Source of the DNA: Brevundimonas sp.
GTDB lineage: Bacteria; Pseudomonadota; Alphaproteobacteria; Caulobacterales; Caulobacteraceae
Length of the DNA: 64,000 nt
NCBI RefSeq assembly: GCF_046295595.1
Contig: NZ_JBKBMX010000012.1
Coordinates: forward strand, 22,164 to 86,163
Direction of reading: 5' to 3'
Part shown: positions 55,467 through 64,000 of the stretch, in pieces
Position numbering within the stretch: position 1 is the first letter of the stretch
Layout of the letters: each line of letters starts with the position of its first letter
Notes under the pieces: generated by a model
Seen by the model: the letters and a program-made list of their open reading frames with translations, nothing else
What the model was told of the DNA's origin: nothing
The model's database searches: none
Position numbers and translations under genes: made by a program

Positions 55467-57266
55467 TCAGGCCTTCGCCGTCTTCATGCGGGCGATGAAT
55501 GTGTCGATCGGGTTCTCGGCCTTCAGCCGGTGCATGATGATGTACTGCTGCAGGATGGTCAGGATGTTCGACCAGGCCCAGTAGATCAGCAGGCCGGCCG
55601 GGAAGGTGGCCATGATGAAGGTGAAGACGATCGGCATCAGCTGGAAGATGCGGCGCTGCATCGGATCCGGCGCCTGGGGGCTCATCGCCATCTGCAGCCA
55701 CATGGTCAGGCCGTAGAAGATAGCCAGGACGCTGAGCGCGAAGGTGCCGCCCAGCATGCCGCCGATCAGCGGCGCCGCGGACGGGTCCCACGGCAGCAGG
55801 CCGAACAGGTTCCAGATGGTGGTCGGGTCGGGCGCCGAGAGGTCCTGGATCCAGCCGAAGAAGGGCTGGTGCCGCATCTCGATGGTCACGAACAGCATCT
55901 TGTAGACAGCGTAGAAGACCGGAATCTGGAGCAGCAGCGGCAGACAGCCGGCCAGAGGATTGATCTTCTCCTTCTGGTACAGGGCCATCAGCTCCTGCTG
56001 CTGTTTCTGCGGCTCGTCCGGGTGCTTCTTCTTGATCTCCTCCATCTTGGGCTGGAGGTTGCGCATCTTCGACATGCTCTCGTAGCTCTTGTTGGCGAGC
56101 GGGAACATGATCAGGCGCACGACCAGGGTCAGGGCGAGGATGGCGAGGCCGAAATTGCCCAGGATGCCGTAGAAGAATTCGATGACGATGAAGATCGGCC
56201 GGGTCAGGAACCACAGGAAGCCCCAGTCGATCGCATAGATGAAGCGCGGCAGGTCGAGGCTGTCCTGATAGCCGGTCAGGATCTCGGCGCGCTTGGCGCC
56301 GGCGAACAGCCGGCGGGTCTCGGTGATCTGGGTGTTCGGCTGGATGGTGTGGGCCTCGCCCAGCATGCCGGCGATGTGGGCCCGGTCGGCCGGCTCGCCC
56401 GGGCCGCTGACGCGGAACTCGGCCTTGATGCGCTCGTCCTGCGCCGGGATCAGGGCGGCCATCCAGTATTTGTCGGTGATGCCCAGCCAGCCGCCGACGG
56501 ACTCGCGTTCCTCGGGGCCGTCGTTCTTGGCCCAGCCGCCGTATTTGAGCTGGGTCGTCGAATAGGCCTCGCCGTCGCCGAAGGTGCCGATGGCGCCCTC
56601 GTGCAGGACCTGGTTCTTGCCGAGACTGGCCGGCACGCCCTGCCGCAGGACGGCGGCGGCCGGGGTCAGGGTCACCGGCTGGGCGCTGAAGTTGGCGACC
56701 GTGTCGGTGATGGTGAACAGATACTGGTCGTCGATGCTGACCTGCCGCGTGAAGCGCAGACCGGCGCCGTTGTCCCATGTCAGCACCACCGGGGTGGTCG
56801 GCGTCAGGGTGGAACCCCCGGTCAGCCGCCACGGCGTCGAGGGGCCAGGAACGCCGCCCGGGATGTTGGGGCCGCTCCAGCCAAACTGGGCGAAGAAGGC
56901 GTGCTGCATGCCCTCGGGGCGGAACAGTTCGACGGCGGGGGAGTCGGCGTCGATGGTCTCGCGGTAACGGGTCAGGAACAGGTCGTCGATGCGGCCGCCG
57001 GTCAGCGACAGCGAGCCGGTCAGGGTGCCGGTGCGGATCGGCACCCGCGCCCCGCCGCCGAGGGCGACGGTGCGGTCGGTGGTGAAGACGGCGGCGCTGG
57101 CCGGCGGGGCGGTGCTGGGGCCGGTCGCCGAAACGGCCGCGGACTCCTGGGCGACACGGCGCTTCTGCGCCTGCGGCTCCATCACGAAATAGCTGTAGGC
57201 CAGCAGCATGAGGCCCGCGATCACGACGAAGAGGATCGTGTTACGGCTGTTGTCGTGGGGGGGCAT
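55467..57266 (-). CDS. yidC: Membrane protein insertase YidC
   Basis: [51 protein letters not shown]. Confidence 0.97.
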   Translation of the reverse strand: MPPHDNSRNTILFVVIAGLMLLAYSYFVMEPQAQKRRVAQESAAVSATGPSTAPPASAAVFTTDRTVALGGGARVPIRTGTLTGSLSLTGGRIDDLFLTRYRETIDADSPAVELFRPEGMQHAFFAQFGWSGPNIPGGVPGPSTPWRLTGGSTLTPTTPVVLTWDNGAGLRFTRQVSIDDQYLFTITDTVANFSAQPVTLTPAAAVLRQGVPASLGKNQVLHEGAIGTFGDGEAYSTTQLKYGGWAKNDGPEERESVGGWLGITDKYWMAALIPAQDERIKAEFRVSGPGEPADRAHIAGMLGEAHTIQPNTQITETRRLFAGAKRAEILTGYQDSLDLPRFIYAIDWGFLWFLTRPIFIVIEFFYGILGNFGLAILALTLVVRLIMFPLANKSYESMSKMRNLQPKMEEIKKKHPDEPQKQQQELMALYQKEKINPLAGCLPLLLQIPVFYAVYKMLFVTIEMRHQPFFGWIQDLSAPDPTTIWNLFGLLPWDPSAAPLIGGMLGGTFALSVLAIFYGLTMWLQMAMSPQAPDPMQRRIFQLMPIVFTFIMATFPAGLLIYWAWSNILTILQQYIIMHRLKAENPIDTFIARMKTAKA

Positions 57267-57271
57267 GGAGA

Positions 57272-57676
57272 TCAGGAATCCTGGCCGGCGGGCGATGTCG
57301 GTGCGTGGGGCGCGACATGGGGCGCCGGCCGCGGGGTCGCGAGCCTTGTAAGCGCCGATTTCACATCGTCAAGCAAACGGTCCCACGGACGGTCCGCCGT
57401 GCCCATCCGGGCGATGAAGACATAGTCGCTGCCGGGCCGGGCCAGCAGGGGGGCCATCGCCCGCGCGGCCTCCCTGAGGCGGCGCTTGGCGCGGTTGCGG
57501 ATGACGGCGTTGCCGACCTTGCGGGTGGCGGTGAAACCCAGCCGCACCGAAGGATCGCCGTCGCCGCGGTCCAGCCGCTGCACGACCACGGCGCCGCGGG
57601 CCTCTGAAACGCCCTTCGCGGCCGCCAGAAACTGGGGCCGCGACGTCAGGCGTTCGATTTTGAATGTCTGCTGCAT
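57272..57676 (-). CDS. rnpA: Ribonuclease P protein component
   Basis: [25 protein letters not shown] (RNR motif), DYVFIAR. ATG 57676 abuts the repeat element. Confidence 0.95.
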   Translation of the reverse strand: MQQTFKIERLTSRPQFLAAAKGVSEARGAVVVQRLDRGDGDPSVRLGFTATRKVGNAVIRNRAKRRLREAARAMAPLLARPGSDYVFIARMGTADRPWDRLLDDVKSALTRLATPRPAPHVAPHAPTSPAGQDS

Positions 57677-57800
57677 ATTCCTCCCCCATTGGGGGAGGGG
57701 GACCGCGAAGCGGTGGAGGGGGTTAACCGCATCCACCGAATCCGGGTCAGGCCCCCTCCACCATGCTTCGCATGGTCCCCCTCCCCCGAAGGGGAGGAAT
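57677..57800. repeat. Palindromic element between rpmH and rnpA
   Basis: Termini ATTCCTCCCC / GGGGAGGAAT; nested hairpins ACCGCGAAGCGGT and ACCATGCTTCGCATGGT; central GAATC. Confidence 0.9.
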
Positions 57801-57806
57801 GGAAGG

Positions 57807-57941
57807 TCAGGCCGTCAGGCGCTTGCGGCCCTTGGCGCGGCGGCGCTGGACGATCTTCTGTCCGTTCTTGGTGGCCATCCGCGAACGGAAGCCGTGTCGG
57901 CGCTTGCGCACGAGTCGCGACGGCTGATAGGTCCGCTTCAC
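57807..57941 (-). CDS. rpmH: 50S ribosomal protein L34
   Basis: Hand translation from GTG 57941: [44 protein letters not shown] (44 aa; absent from the ORF track). Confidence 0.98.
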   Translation of the reverse strand: MKRTYQPSRLVRKRRHGFRSRMATKNGQKIVQRRRAKGRKRLTA

Positions 57942-58060
57942 GTTCGGCTCCTGGGACTGAAATCAAGGTGGGCGGCGGAAAGTGGTCCGTCGCGGGAAGG
58001 GCGGGCGTATAAGCGGGGAAGCCCGGGGTGTCAACGCCGCGGGGCGTCAGCGGAGAGACC

Positions 58061-58786
58061 ATGGACCGCGTCAAACGCTTCCTGCCCCTGATCGCGCTGG
58101 CCTGCGTCATCATACTGATCTTCGCCATGGGCTGGAACCGCTACCTGTCGCTGGACACCCTGCGCGACCACGGCCAGACCTTCCGCGACTTCACCGCCGA
58201 CAACTATCTGGTCAGCCTGCTGATCCTGATGCTGCTGTTCGCCACCCTGACGGCCAGCGTCGTGCCCGGGGTCTTCTTCCTGACCATCACCGCCGGCTAT
58301 CTGTTCGGACCGTGGGTCGGCGGGGTCGCCACCGCCATCGCCGCCACCGGCGGGGCGCTGGTGGTCTATGCCGTCACCCGGTCGGCGCTGGGGGCGGCGC
58401 TGCGCCAGAAGGCCGAGCGCGACGCTGGCCTGATGCAAGCCGTGTGCACGGCGATCGACCGCGACACCTTCTGGTACGTGCTCGGCGCCCGCCTGGCGGT
58501 GGTGGTGCCCTTCCACATGATCAACATCGCCGCCGGCATGATGGCCGTGCGCCTGCCCCCCTATGCCGCCGCCACGGTGATCGGCCTGCTGCCGGCGCAC
58601 ATCATCTACTGCTGGATCGGGGCGCGGCTCAGCACCCTGCTGGCCAACGATCCGAATCCGGACTTCCAGGCCCTGTTCGGCCAGTTCTGGGCGCCGATGG
58701 CGGGGGTGTTCGTGCTGGCGGTGGTCCTGCCCTTCGCCATGAAGGCCGCCCAGGCGGCGATGAAACGGCGGGGGCGGCCCTCGTGA
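58061..58786 (+). CDS. TVP38/TMEM64 (VTT/DedA superfamily) membrane protein
   Basis: YLSLDTL, GYLFGPWVG, ARLAVVVPFHMINIAAG, TVIGLLP. Confidence 0.88.
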   Translation: MDRVKRFLPLIALACVIILIFAMGWNRYLSLDTLRDHGQTFRDFTADNYLVSLLILMLLFATLTASVVPGVFFLTITAGYLFGPWVGGVATAIAATGGALVVYAVTRSALGAALRQKAERDAGLMQAVCTAIDRDTFWYVLGARLAVVVPFHMINIAAGMMAVRLPPYAAATVIGLLPAHIIYCWIGARLSTLLANDPNPDFQALFGQFWAPMAGVFVLAVVLPFAMKAAQAAMKRRGRPS

Positions 58787-58826
58787 CGGTCGCAGCCATT
58801 GGCCCAGGCCTTGCGTTGGAGCCCGC

Positions 58827-60287
58827 ATGAGCGAGGGGCGGCCCCTGTTGCGCGATGTCGGACAGCGCCTGCGCCTGCCCGCCGACTGGCGCGAGCGGCT
58901 GGGCTTCCACGCGCCCGACGCCCTGGCGTGGCGGCTGCTGCTGCTGACCTTCCTGTTCACCGTGGTGGTCGAGATCCTGATCATCGCCCCCAGCGCCGCC
59001 AGCTTCCACGAGCGCTGGCTGCTGGACCGGCTGCAGTCGGCCGAACTGGCCTCGGTCGGGGTCGAGGCCCTGCCCTATTCCGCGGTCGAGGACGACGTCG
59101 CCGAACAACTGCTGGCCATCGGCGGGGTGCAGGCGGTGGTGGTCGGCGACCAGGGCGTGCGGCGCTTGCTGCTGCAGGCCCCCAACCTACCGCGCACGCC
59201 CGATCTGATCGACCTGCGCCAGAACCGGCCGGTGGCCCGGTTAATCGACCCGTGGCGGACCCTGGTCGGCCACCCGGACCGCTCGGTGCGGGTCCAGGCC
59301 CGGCCACGCTACCGCTCGGGCGACTTCATGGAGATCCTCGCCCCGGCCCAGCCGCTGAAGCTGGAGCTGCAGACCTATCTGCTGAACAGCCTGCTGATGT
59401 CGCTGATGATCTCGCTGGTGGCTGGCGGCCTGCTGTACGGCGGCCTCGCCTTCCTCGTGCTGCAGCCGCTGCGGCGGGTGACGCGGTCGATCGAGCGTTT
59501 CGCCCTCGACCCCGAGGCCGAAGGCGATCCGCCCAGCGACCGGCACGACGAGATCGGCCGGGTCGAGCGCGAACTGGCCCGCATGCAGGGCGAGGTGCGC
59601 CAGTCGCTGCGCGCCCGGGCCCGGCTGGTGGCGCTGGGCGAGGCGGTGGCCAAGATCAACCACGATCTGCGCAACATGCTGACCTCGGCCCAGATCGCCT
59701 CCGAGCGTCTGGCCGATTCACCCGATCCACAGGTGGCCAAGGCCCTGCCGCGGCTGGAGCGGGCGCTGGGCCGCGCCGCCGCCCTGTCGCGCAATGTGCT
59801 GGAGTACGGCCGCAGCGAGGAGCCCGAGCCGCAACTCAGCCGCTTCGCCCTCGGACCCGCCGTGGCCGCCGCCGCCGAGGACTCCGGCCTGTCCGACGAA
59901 GGGGTCAAGCTGGCTCGCGCCATCCCGGCCCGCTTCACCGTCAACGCCGATCCCGACCAGCTGAACCGCATCCTCGTCAATCTGATGCGCAACGCCCGTC
60001 AGGCGATCGAGGGCGACGCCACCCGGGTCGGTCGTCCGGGCGTGATCAAGGTCAGCGCGGGGCAGGAGGACGGCGTCGTCGTCATCCGCATAACCGACAA
60101 CGGGCCGGGCATTCCGCCGCGCCTGTCCGAACGCCTGTTCGAACCCTTCGTCAGCGGCCGCAGCTCGGACGGCACGGGTCTGGGTCTGACCATTTCGCGC
60201 GAGCTGGCGGTCAGCCACGGCGGCGAGCTGGTGCTGGTCGACACCGGCCCGGGCGGCACCCGTTTCGAACTTCGCCTGCCCGACTAA
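58827..60287 (+). CDS. HAMP-domain sensor histidine kinase
   Basis: 2 TM, HAMP (PLRRV...DEIGRV), H-box INHDLRNML, N-box NLMRNA, DNGPGIP, GTGLGL. Confidence 0.92.
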   Translation: MSEGRPLLRDVGQRLRLPADWRERLGFHAPDALAWRLLLLTFLFTVVVEILIIAPSAASFHERWLLDRLQSAELASVGVEALPYSAVEDDVAEQLLAIGGVQAVVVGDQGVRRLLLQAPNLPRTPDLIDLRQNRPVARLIDPWRTLVGHPDRSVRVQARPRYRSGDFMEILAPAQPLKLELQTYLLNSLLMSLMISLVAGGLLYGGLAFLVLQPLRRVTRSIERFALDPEAEGDPPSDRHDEIGRVERELARMQGEVRQSLRARARLVALGEAVAKINHDLRNMLTSAQIASERLADSPDPQVAKALPRLERALGRAAALSRNVLEYGRSEEPEPQLSRFALGPAVAAAAEDSGLSDEGVKLARAIPARFTVNADPDQLNRILVNLMRNARQAIEGDATRVGRPGVIKVSAGQEDGVVVIRITDNGPGIPPRLSERLFEPFVSGRSSDGTGLGLTISRELAVSHGGELVLVDTGPGGTRFELRLPD

Positions 60288-60348
60288 ACCCGCGCCAAAT
60301 CCGGCCGTCGACGTTATCCTGCCCGGACCGTCGCCCCCGAAGGAGCCC

Positions 60349-60843
60349 GTGATGATCCGTCCGACCCTGAGCGCCGCCCTCGCCCTGACGCTGGCCGTCG
60401 CCCCGGTCGCGGCGCAGACGACGCCCCAGACAGCGCCCCGGACAGCGCCCAGCACGCCGCCGCCGCCCGCCTCCACCGTGCAGCACGGCTCGGCGGAATG
60501 GCTGCAGCAGCGCGGCGAGATCTACGGACAGGCCTCCGACGCCGAACAGGATCCGGCCGAACTGGCCGCCACCGCCCGCCTCAACGCCGAGATCGCCGCC
60601 CGCCTCGCCGCCGCCGAGGAGGAGGAGGCCGCGGCCCAGTCCGCCTACAACGCCGAGAACGCCCGCTGGCGCGAAGAGAGCGCTCGGCTGGAGACCGAGC
60701 GGGTGCAGTGGGAGGCCAACGCCGCCGCCGCCAATGCCGCGCGCGAGCAATGGGAGCGGGACAACGCCGCCTGGGCCGCGGAAATGGAGGCCTGCCGCCG
60801 CAGCGGCCGCGTCTGCATCGCCTCGCCCCCGCCCTGGCCCTGA
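60349..60843 (+). CDS. Secreted hypothetical coiled-coil protein
   Basis: Signal peptide ending AAAQ, Pro/Thr linker, Ala/Glu helix and C-terminal CRRSGRVC; AAGGAG RBS. Confidence 0.75.
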   Translation: MMIRPTLSAALALTLAVAPVAAQTTPQTAPRTAPSTPPPPASTVQHGSAEWLQQRGEIYGQASDAEQDPAELAATARLNAEIAARLAAAEEEEAAAQSAYNAENARWREESARLETERVQWEANAAAANAAREQWERDNAAWAAEMEACRRSGRVCIASPPPWP

Positions 60844-60849
60844 TCGCTC

Positions 60850-61671
60850 ATGACCGCCGCCGAGCCACCCCCTGATCCCGTCGTCGACGCCCGCTTGAGC
60901 CGCCACGCCGACCGGCCGCTGCACGACGGCCGCGTCGCGGTCTGGCGCCATCCCGCCGCCGTGCGGATCACCCACTGGCTGAACGTGGTCGCCGTGGTGG
61001 TGCTGCTGATGAGCGGGCTGAACATCCTCGCCGCCCATCCGCATCTGTACTGGGGCATCCGCTCGACCTTCGCCGATCCGTGGCTGAGCACGCCGACGGT
61101 CCCGGACTGGTTGCTGATCCCCCAAGGCCGCAACCTCGCCGAGGCGCGCAACTGGCATTTCCTGTTCGCCTGGATCTTCGTCGCCAACGGCCTCGTCTAT
61201 CTGGTCTGGGCCGTGGTCTCCGGCCGCTTCCGGCGCCGGCTGTGGCCCACCGGGGCCGAGCTGCGCGGCTTCTGGCCGTCGGTGAAGGAACACGCCCGCT
61301 TCCACTTCCCGGCCGACGACCACGCCCGCGCCTATAACGTCATCCAGAAGCTGACCTATCTGGCCATGGTGCTGGTCATCCTGCCGCTGATGCTGATCAC
61401 CGGCCTGTCGATGTCGCCCGCCTTCAACGCCGTCGGCGGGCTGCTGCTGGAGCTGCTGGGTGGCCGGCAGTCGGCGCGGACGCTGCATTTCATCTCCGCC
61501 GGCCTGATCGTCGGCTTCATCGTCGTCCATGTCGGGCTGGTGATCTGGACCGGCTTCCTCAACAATATGCGGGCGATGATCACCGGCTGGTTCGTGATCC
61601 AGCCGCCGGGCTCCACGGCCGGGCCCAGACTGCGGCGCAAGCCGCCGACCGATGCGGGAGACGCCCCATGA
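60850..61671 (+). CDS. Cytochrome b/b6-like membrane protein (partner of Mo-oxidoreductase)
   Basis: RHPAAVRITHW, YNVIQKLTY, LITGL, ARTLHF, VHV: di-heme His pattern. Confidence 0.88.
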   Translation: MTAAEPPPDPVVDARLSRHADRPLHDGRVAVWRHPAAVRITHWLNVVAVVVLLMSGLNILAAHPHLYWGIRSTFADPWLSTPTVPDWLLIPQGRNLAEARNWHFLFAWIFVANGLVYLVWAVVSGRFRRRLWPTGAELRGFWPSVKEHARFHFPADDHARAYNVIQKLTYLAMVLVILPLMLITGLSMSPAFNAVGGLLLELLGGRQSARTLHFISAGLIVGFIVVHVGLVIWTGFLNNMRAMITGWFVIQPPGSTAGPRLRRKPPTDAGDAP

Positions 61672-62426
61672 ACCGCCGCCGCTGGCTGACCGGCGCCCTG
61701 GCGACCGCCGCCGCATCGCTGGTCAGCGCCTGCGGCGAGGCCAGCTGGCGGCTGTCGGAACAGGCGCGGCGCATGGGCGAGGGGCTGACGCGGCGGGCCC
61801 AGCGGCTGCTCATCCCGCGCGACGCCCTGGCCCCGACCTACAGCCGGGCCGAGATCTCGCCCGACTTCCGCGCCAACGGCTCGATCGATCCGGCCGCGCC
61901 GGACTATCTGGCGCTGAAGGCCGAAGGATTCGCCGGCTACCGGCTGGTCGTCGACGGGCTGGTGGAACGACCCCTGTCGCTGAGCCTGCCCGAGCTGCGC
62001 GCCCGACCCTCGCAAACCCAGATCACCAAACACGACTGCGTCGAGGGCTGGACCGCCATCGCCGAATGGACCGGGGTGCGGCTGGAGACCCTGCTGGACG
62101 AGGCAGGCTTGAAGCCCGAGGCCAAATACATCGTCTTCCACTGTTTCGACGCCCTCGATCAGCAGCCCGACGGCGAGCGCTATTATGAGAGCATCGACCT
62201 GATCGACGCCGGACACCCGCAGACCATCCTGGCCTATGAGATGAACGGCGAGACCCTGCCGGTGCCGCACGGGGCGCCGCTGCGGCTGCGGGTCGAGCGC
62301 CAGCTGGGCTACAAACACGCCAAATACATCCGCCGCATCGAGGCGGTGGAAAGCTTCGCCCACATCGGCCGGGGCAAGGGCGGCTATTGGGAAGACCGGG
62401 GGTACGAGTGGTACGCGGGCATATGA
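61668..62426 (+). CDS. Sulfite-oxidase-family molybdopterin oxidoreductase (MsrP/YedY-like), Tat-exported
   Basis: NRRRW Tat motif; HDCVEGW Mo-ligating Cys, LAYEMNG, HGAPLRL, GYKHAKY, GGYWEDRGY. Confidence 0.9.
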   Translation: MNRRRWLTGALATAAASLVSACGEASWRLSEQARRMGEGLTRRAQRLLIPRDALAPTYSRAEISPDFRANGSIDPAAPDYLALKAEGFAGYRLVVDGLVERPLSLSLPELRARPSQTQITKHDCVEGWTAIAEWTGVRLETLLDEAGLKPEAKYIVFHCFDALDQQPDGERYYESIDLIDAGHPQTILAYEMNGETLPVPHGAPLRLRVERQLGYKHAKYIRRIEAVESFAHIGRGKGGYWEDRGYEWYAGI

Positions 62427-63988
62427 TCCATCCAACCAGACGCGCGCTCGGCCTCGGCGCCGGCGCGGCCGTACTGCTTTCCGCCGGCTCCGTGAGGGCC
62501 GCCCGGTCGACCCCGGCGGCGCTGACGACGTCCGGCCCGGTAACCGGTGTCACCGACGACGGCGTCGCCGTGTTCCGGGGCCTTCCCTACGGCGCCGACA
62601 CCGGCCCGAGGCGGTTCCTGCCTCCGGTTCCGCCGACGCCCTGGCGCGAGCCGCGCCCGTGCCACAGCTATGGCCACGCCGCCCCTCAGCGCAGCGACGA
62701 GCCCGACCAGTCCGAGGACTGCCTGTATCTGAACGTCTGGACCCCGGGGACGGACCGCGCCCGGCGGCCCGTGCTGGTCTATATCCACGGCGGCGCCTAT
62801 GCGAACGGGTCCGGGTCCAGCCCGCTGTACGACGGCGTGCGACTGGCGCGGCGCGGCGACGTGGTGGTGGTGACGGTCAACCACCGCCTCAATGCCCTCG
62901 GCTACGGTTATCTGGCGCGACTCGCCGGGGGGTTCGGCGACAGCGGCAATCTGGGTCAGCTGGACCTGATCCTCGCCCTAGAATGGGTGCGCGACAATAT
63001 CGCGGCCTTCGGCGGCGACCCGGGCTGCGTCACCGTCTTCGGCCAGTCGGGCGGCGGGGCCAAGATCGCCACCCTGATGGCCATGCCCGCCGCCGCCGGC
63101 CTGTTCCACCGCGCCGCGACCATGAGCGGCCAGCAGGTGACCGCCTCGGGCCCGCTGAACGCAACCCAACGGGCCGAGGTCTGGCTGGCGGCCCTGGGGC
63201 TGACGCCGGAGCGGATCGACGAGGTCCGCGCGATGCCGGTCGAACGGCTGATCGAGGCGTCGGGGGCGACCGATCCGATCCTCGGCGGGTCGCTGTATTT
63301 CGGTCCGGTGCTGGACGAGCGAAACCTGACCCGCCACCCGTTCTGGCCCGACGCCCCGGCGCAGTCCGCCCACATCCCGATGATGATCGGCAATACGCGG
63401 GAGGAGACCCTCGCCTTTCTCGGCGCCGACCCGGCCAACGCCGGCCTGACATGGGAGGCGCTGCCCGGCCGCCTGACCCCGGCGCAGATGCGCATTGACG
63501 TGGCCCCCGAGACCGTGGTCGCCTGGTACCGCCGCGAACATCCCGAGCTGAGCCCCGATCAGGTGCTGATCCGGGCGACGACGGCGGCGCGGTCGTGGCG
63601 GGCGGCGGTGATCGAGGCGGAGATGCGGGCGGCGCAGGGCTCGCCCGCCTTCGTCTATCAGCTGGACTGGCCGGCGCGGCTGGCCAACGGCCGGACCGGG
63701 GCCTTCCACACCTCGGACATTCCGCTGATGTTCGACACCCTGTCGGCCGAGGGCTCGGGCGCGATCGGGCCGCGGGCGCAGGGCATGGCCGACGTCATGA
63801 GCGAGGCCCTGCTGGCCTTCGCCCGCACCGGCGATCCGAACCACGCCGGCCTGCCGGTGTGGACGCCGTATTCGCTGGCGCGGCGCGAGACGCTGGTGAT
63901 GGACCTGCCGCCGCGGATGGAGAACGACCCGCGCGGCGACGAGCGGCGCTTCTTCGGGCGCATTCCCTATATCCAGCCGGGGACCTGA
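62423..63988 (+). CDS. Type-B carboxylesterase/lipase, Tat-exported
   Basis: ATG 62423 overlaps the upstream stop; TRRALG Tat-like; SEDCLYLNVW, YIHGGAY, nucleophile FGQSGGG, GNTREE, FHTSDIP. Confidence 0.92.
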   Translation: MIHPTRRALGLGAGAAVLLSAGSVRAARSTPAALTTSGPVTGVTDDGVAVFRGLPYGADTGPRRFLPPVPPTPWREPRPCHSYGHAAPQRSDEPDQSEDCLYLNVWTPGTDRARRPVLVYIHGGAYANGSGSSPLYDGVRLARRGDVVVVTVNHRLNALGYGYLARLAGGFGDSGNLGQLDLILALEWVRDNIAAFGGDPGCVTVFGQSGGGAKIATLMAMPAAAGLFHRAATMSGQQVTASGPLNATQRAEVWLAALGLTPERIDEVRAMPVERLIEASGATDPILGGSLYFGPVLDERNLTRHPFWPDAPAQSAHIPMMIGNTREETLAFLGADPANAGLTWEALPGRLTPAQMRIDVAPETVVAWYRREHPELSPDQVLIRATTAARSWRAAVIEAEMRAAQGSPAFVYQLDWPARLANGRTGAFHTSDIPLMFDTLSAEGSGAIGPRAQGMADVMSEALLAFARTGDPNHAGLPVWTPYSLARRETLVMDLPPRMENDPRGDERRFFGRIPYIQPGT

Positions 63989-64000
63989 GGGGCGTCACGG

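Overview
This is a high-GC (about 70%) chromosomal segment, almost certainly from a Caulobacteraceae genome (Brevundimonas-like). It is mostly core and metabolic genes: phaR, a Mn riboswitch with a GDT1 exporter, a Tad/Cpa pilus cluster, dapE, nrdA with tandem NrdR boxes, a GT2/ArnT pair, hmgL, putA, an orphan pstS, the bkd operon with an Lrp regulator, yihA-yidC-rnpA-rpmH, and a cytochrome b/Mo-oxidoreductase pair. I found no tRNA, rRNA, CRISPR array, integrase or transposase. The most interesting signals lie outside the ordinary gene list. (1) A nucleotidyltransferase + metallophosphoesterase operon sits behind a perfect EcfG/sigmaT promoter (GGAAC-N17-CGTT) and is a candidate stress-induced writer/eraser system. 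(2) A family of 120-180 bp palindromic elements has at least six copies, two of them in frame inside the bkd E2 gene, where they encode its linkers. (3) Two inverted heptamer arrays (TAGGGAT/GAGGGAT)n contain stop codons and match the G-quadruplex pattern. (4) A structured, GANTC-rich intergenic region is a candidate sRNA. (5) There are two unannotated small membrane ORFs, a probable pseudo-phytase and a probable internal-deletion allele. All product calls come from motif recognition without database searches. Start codons were hand-refined and some are uncertain.
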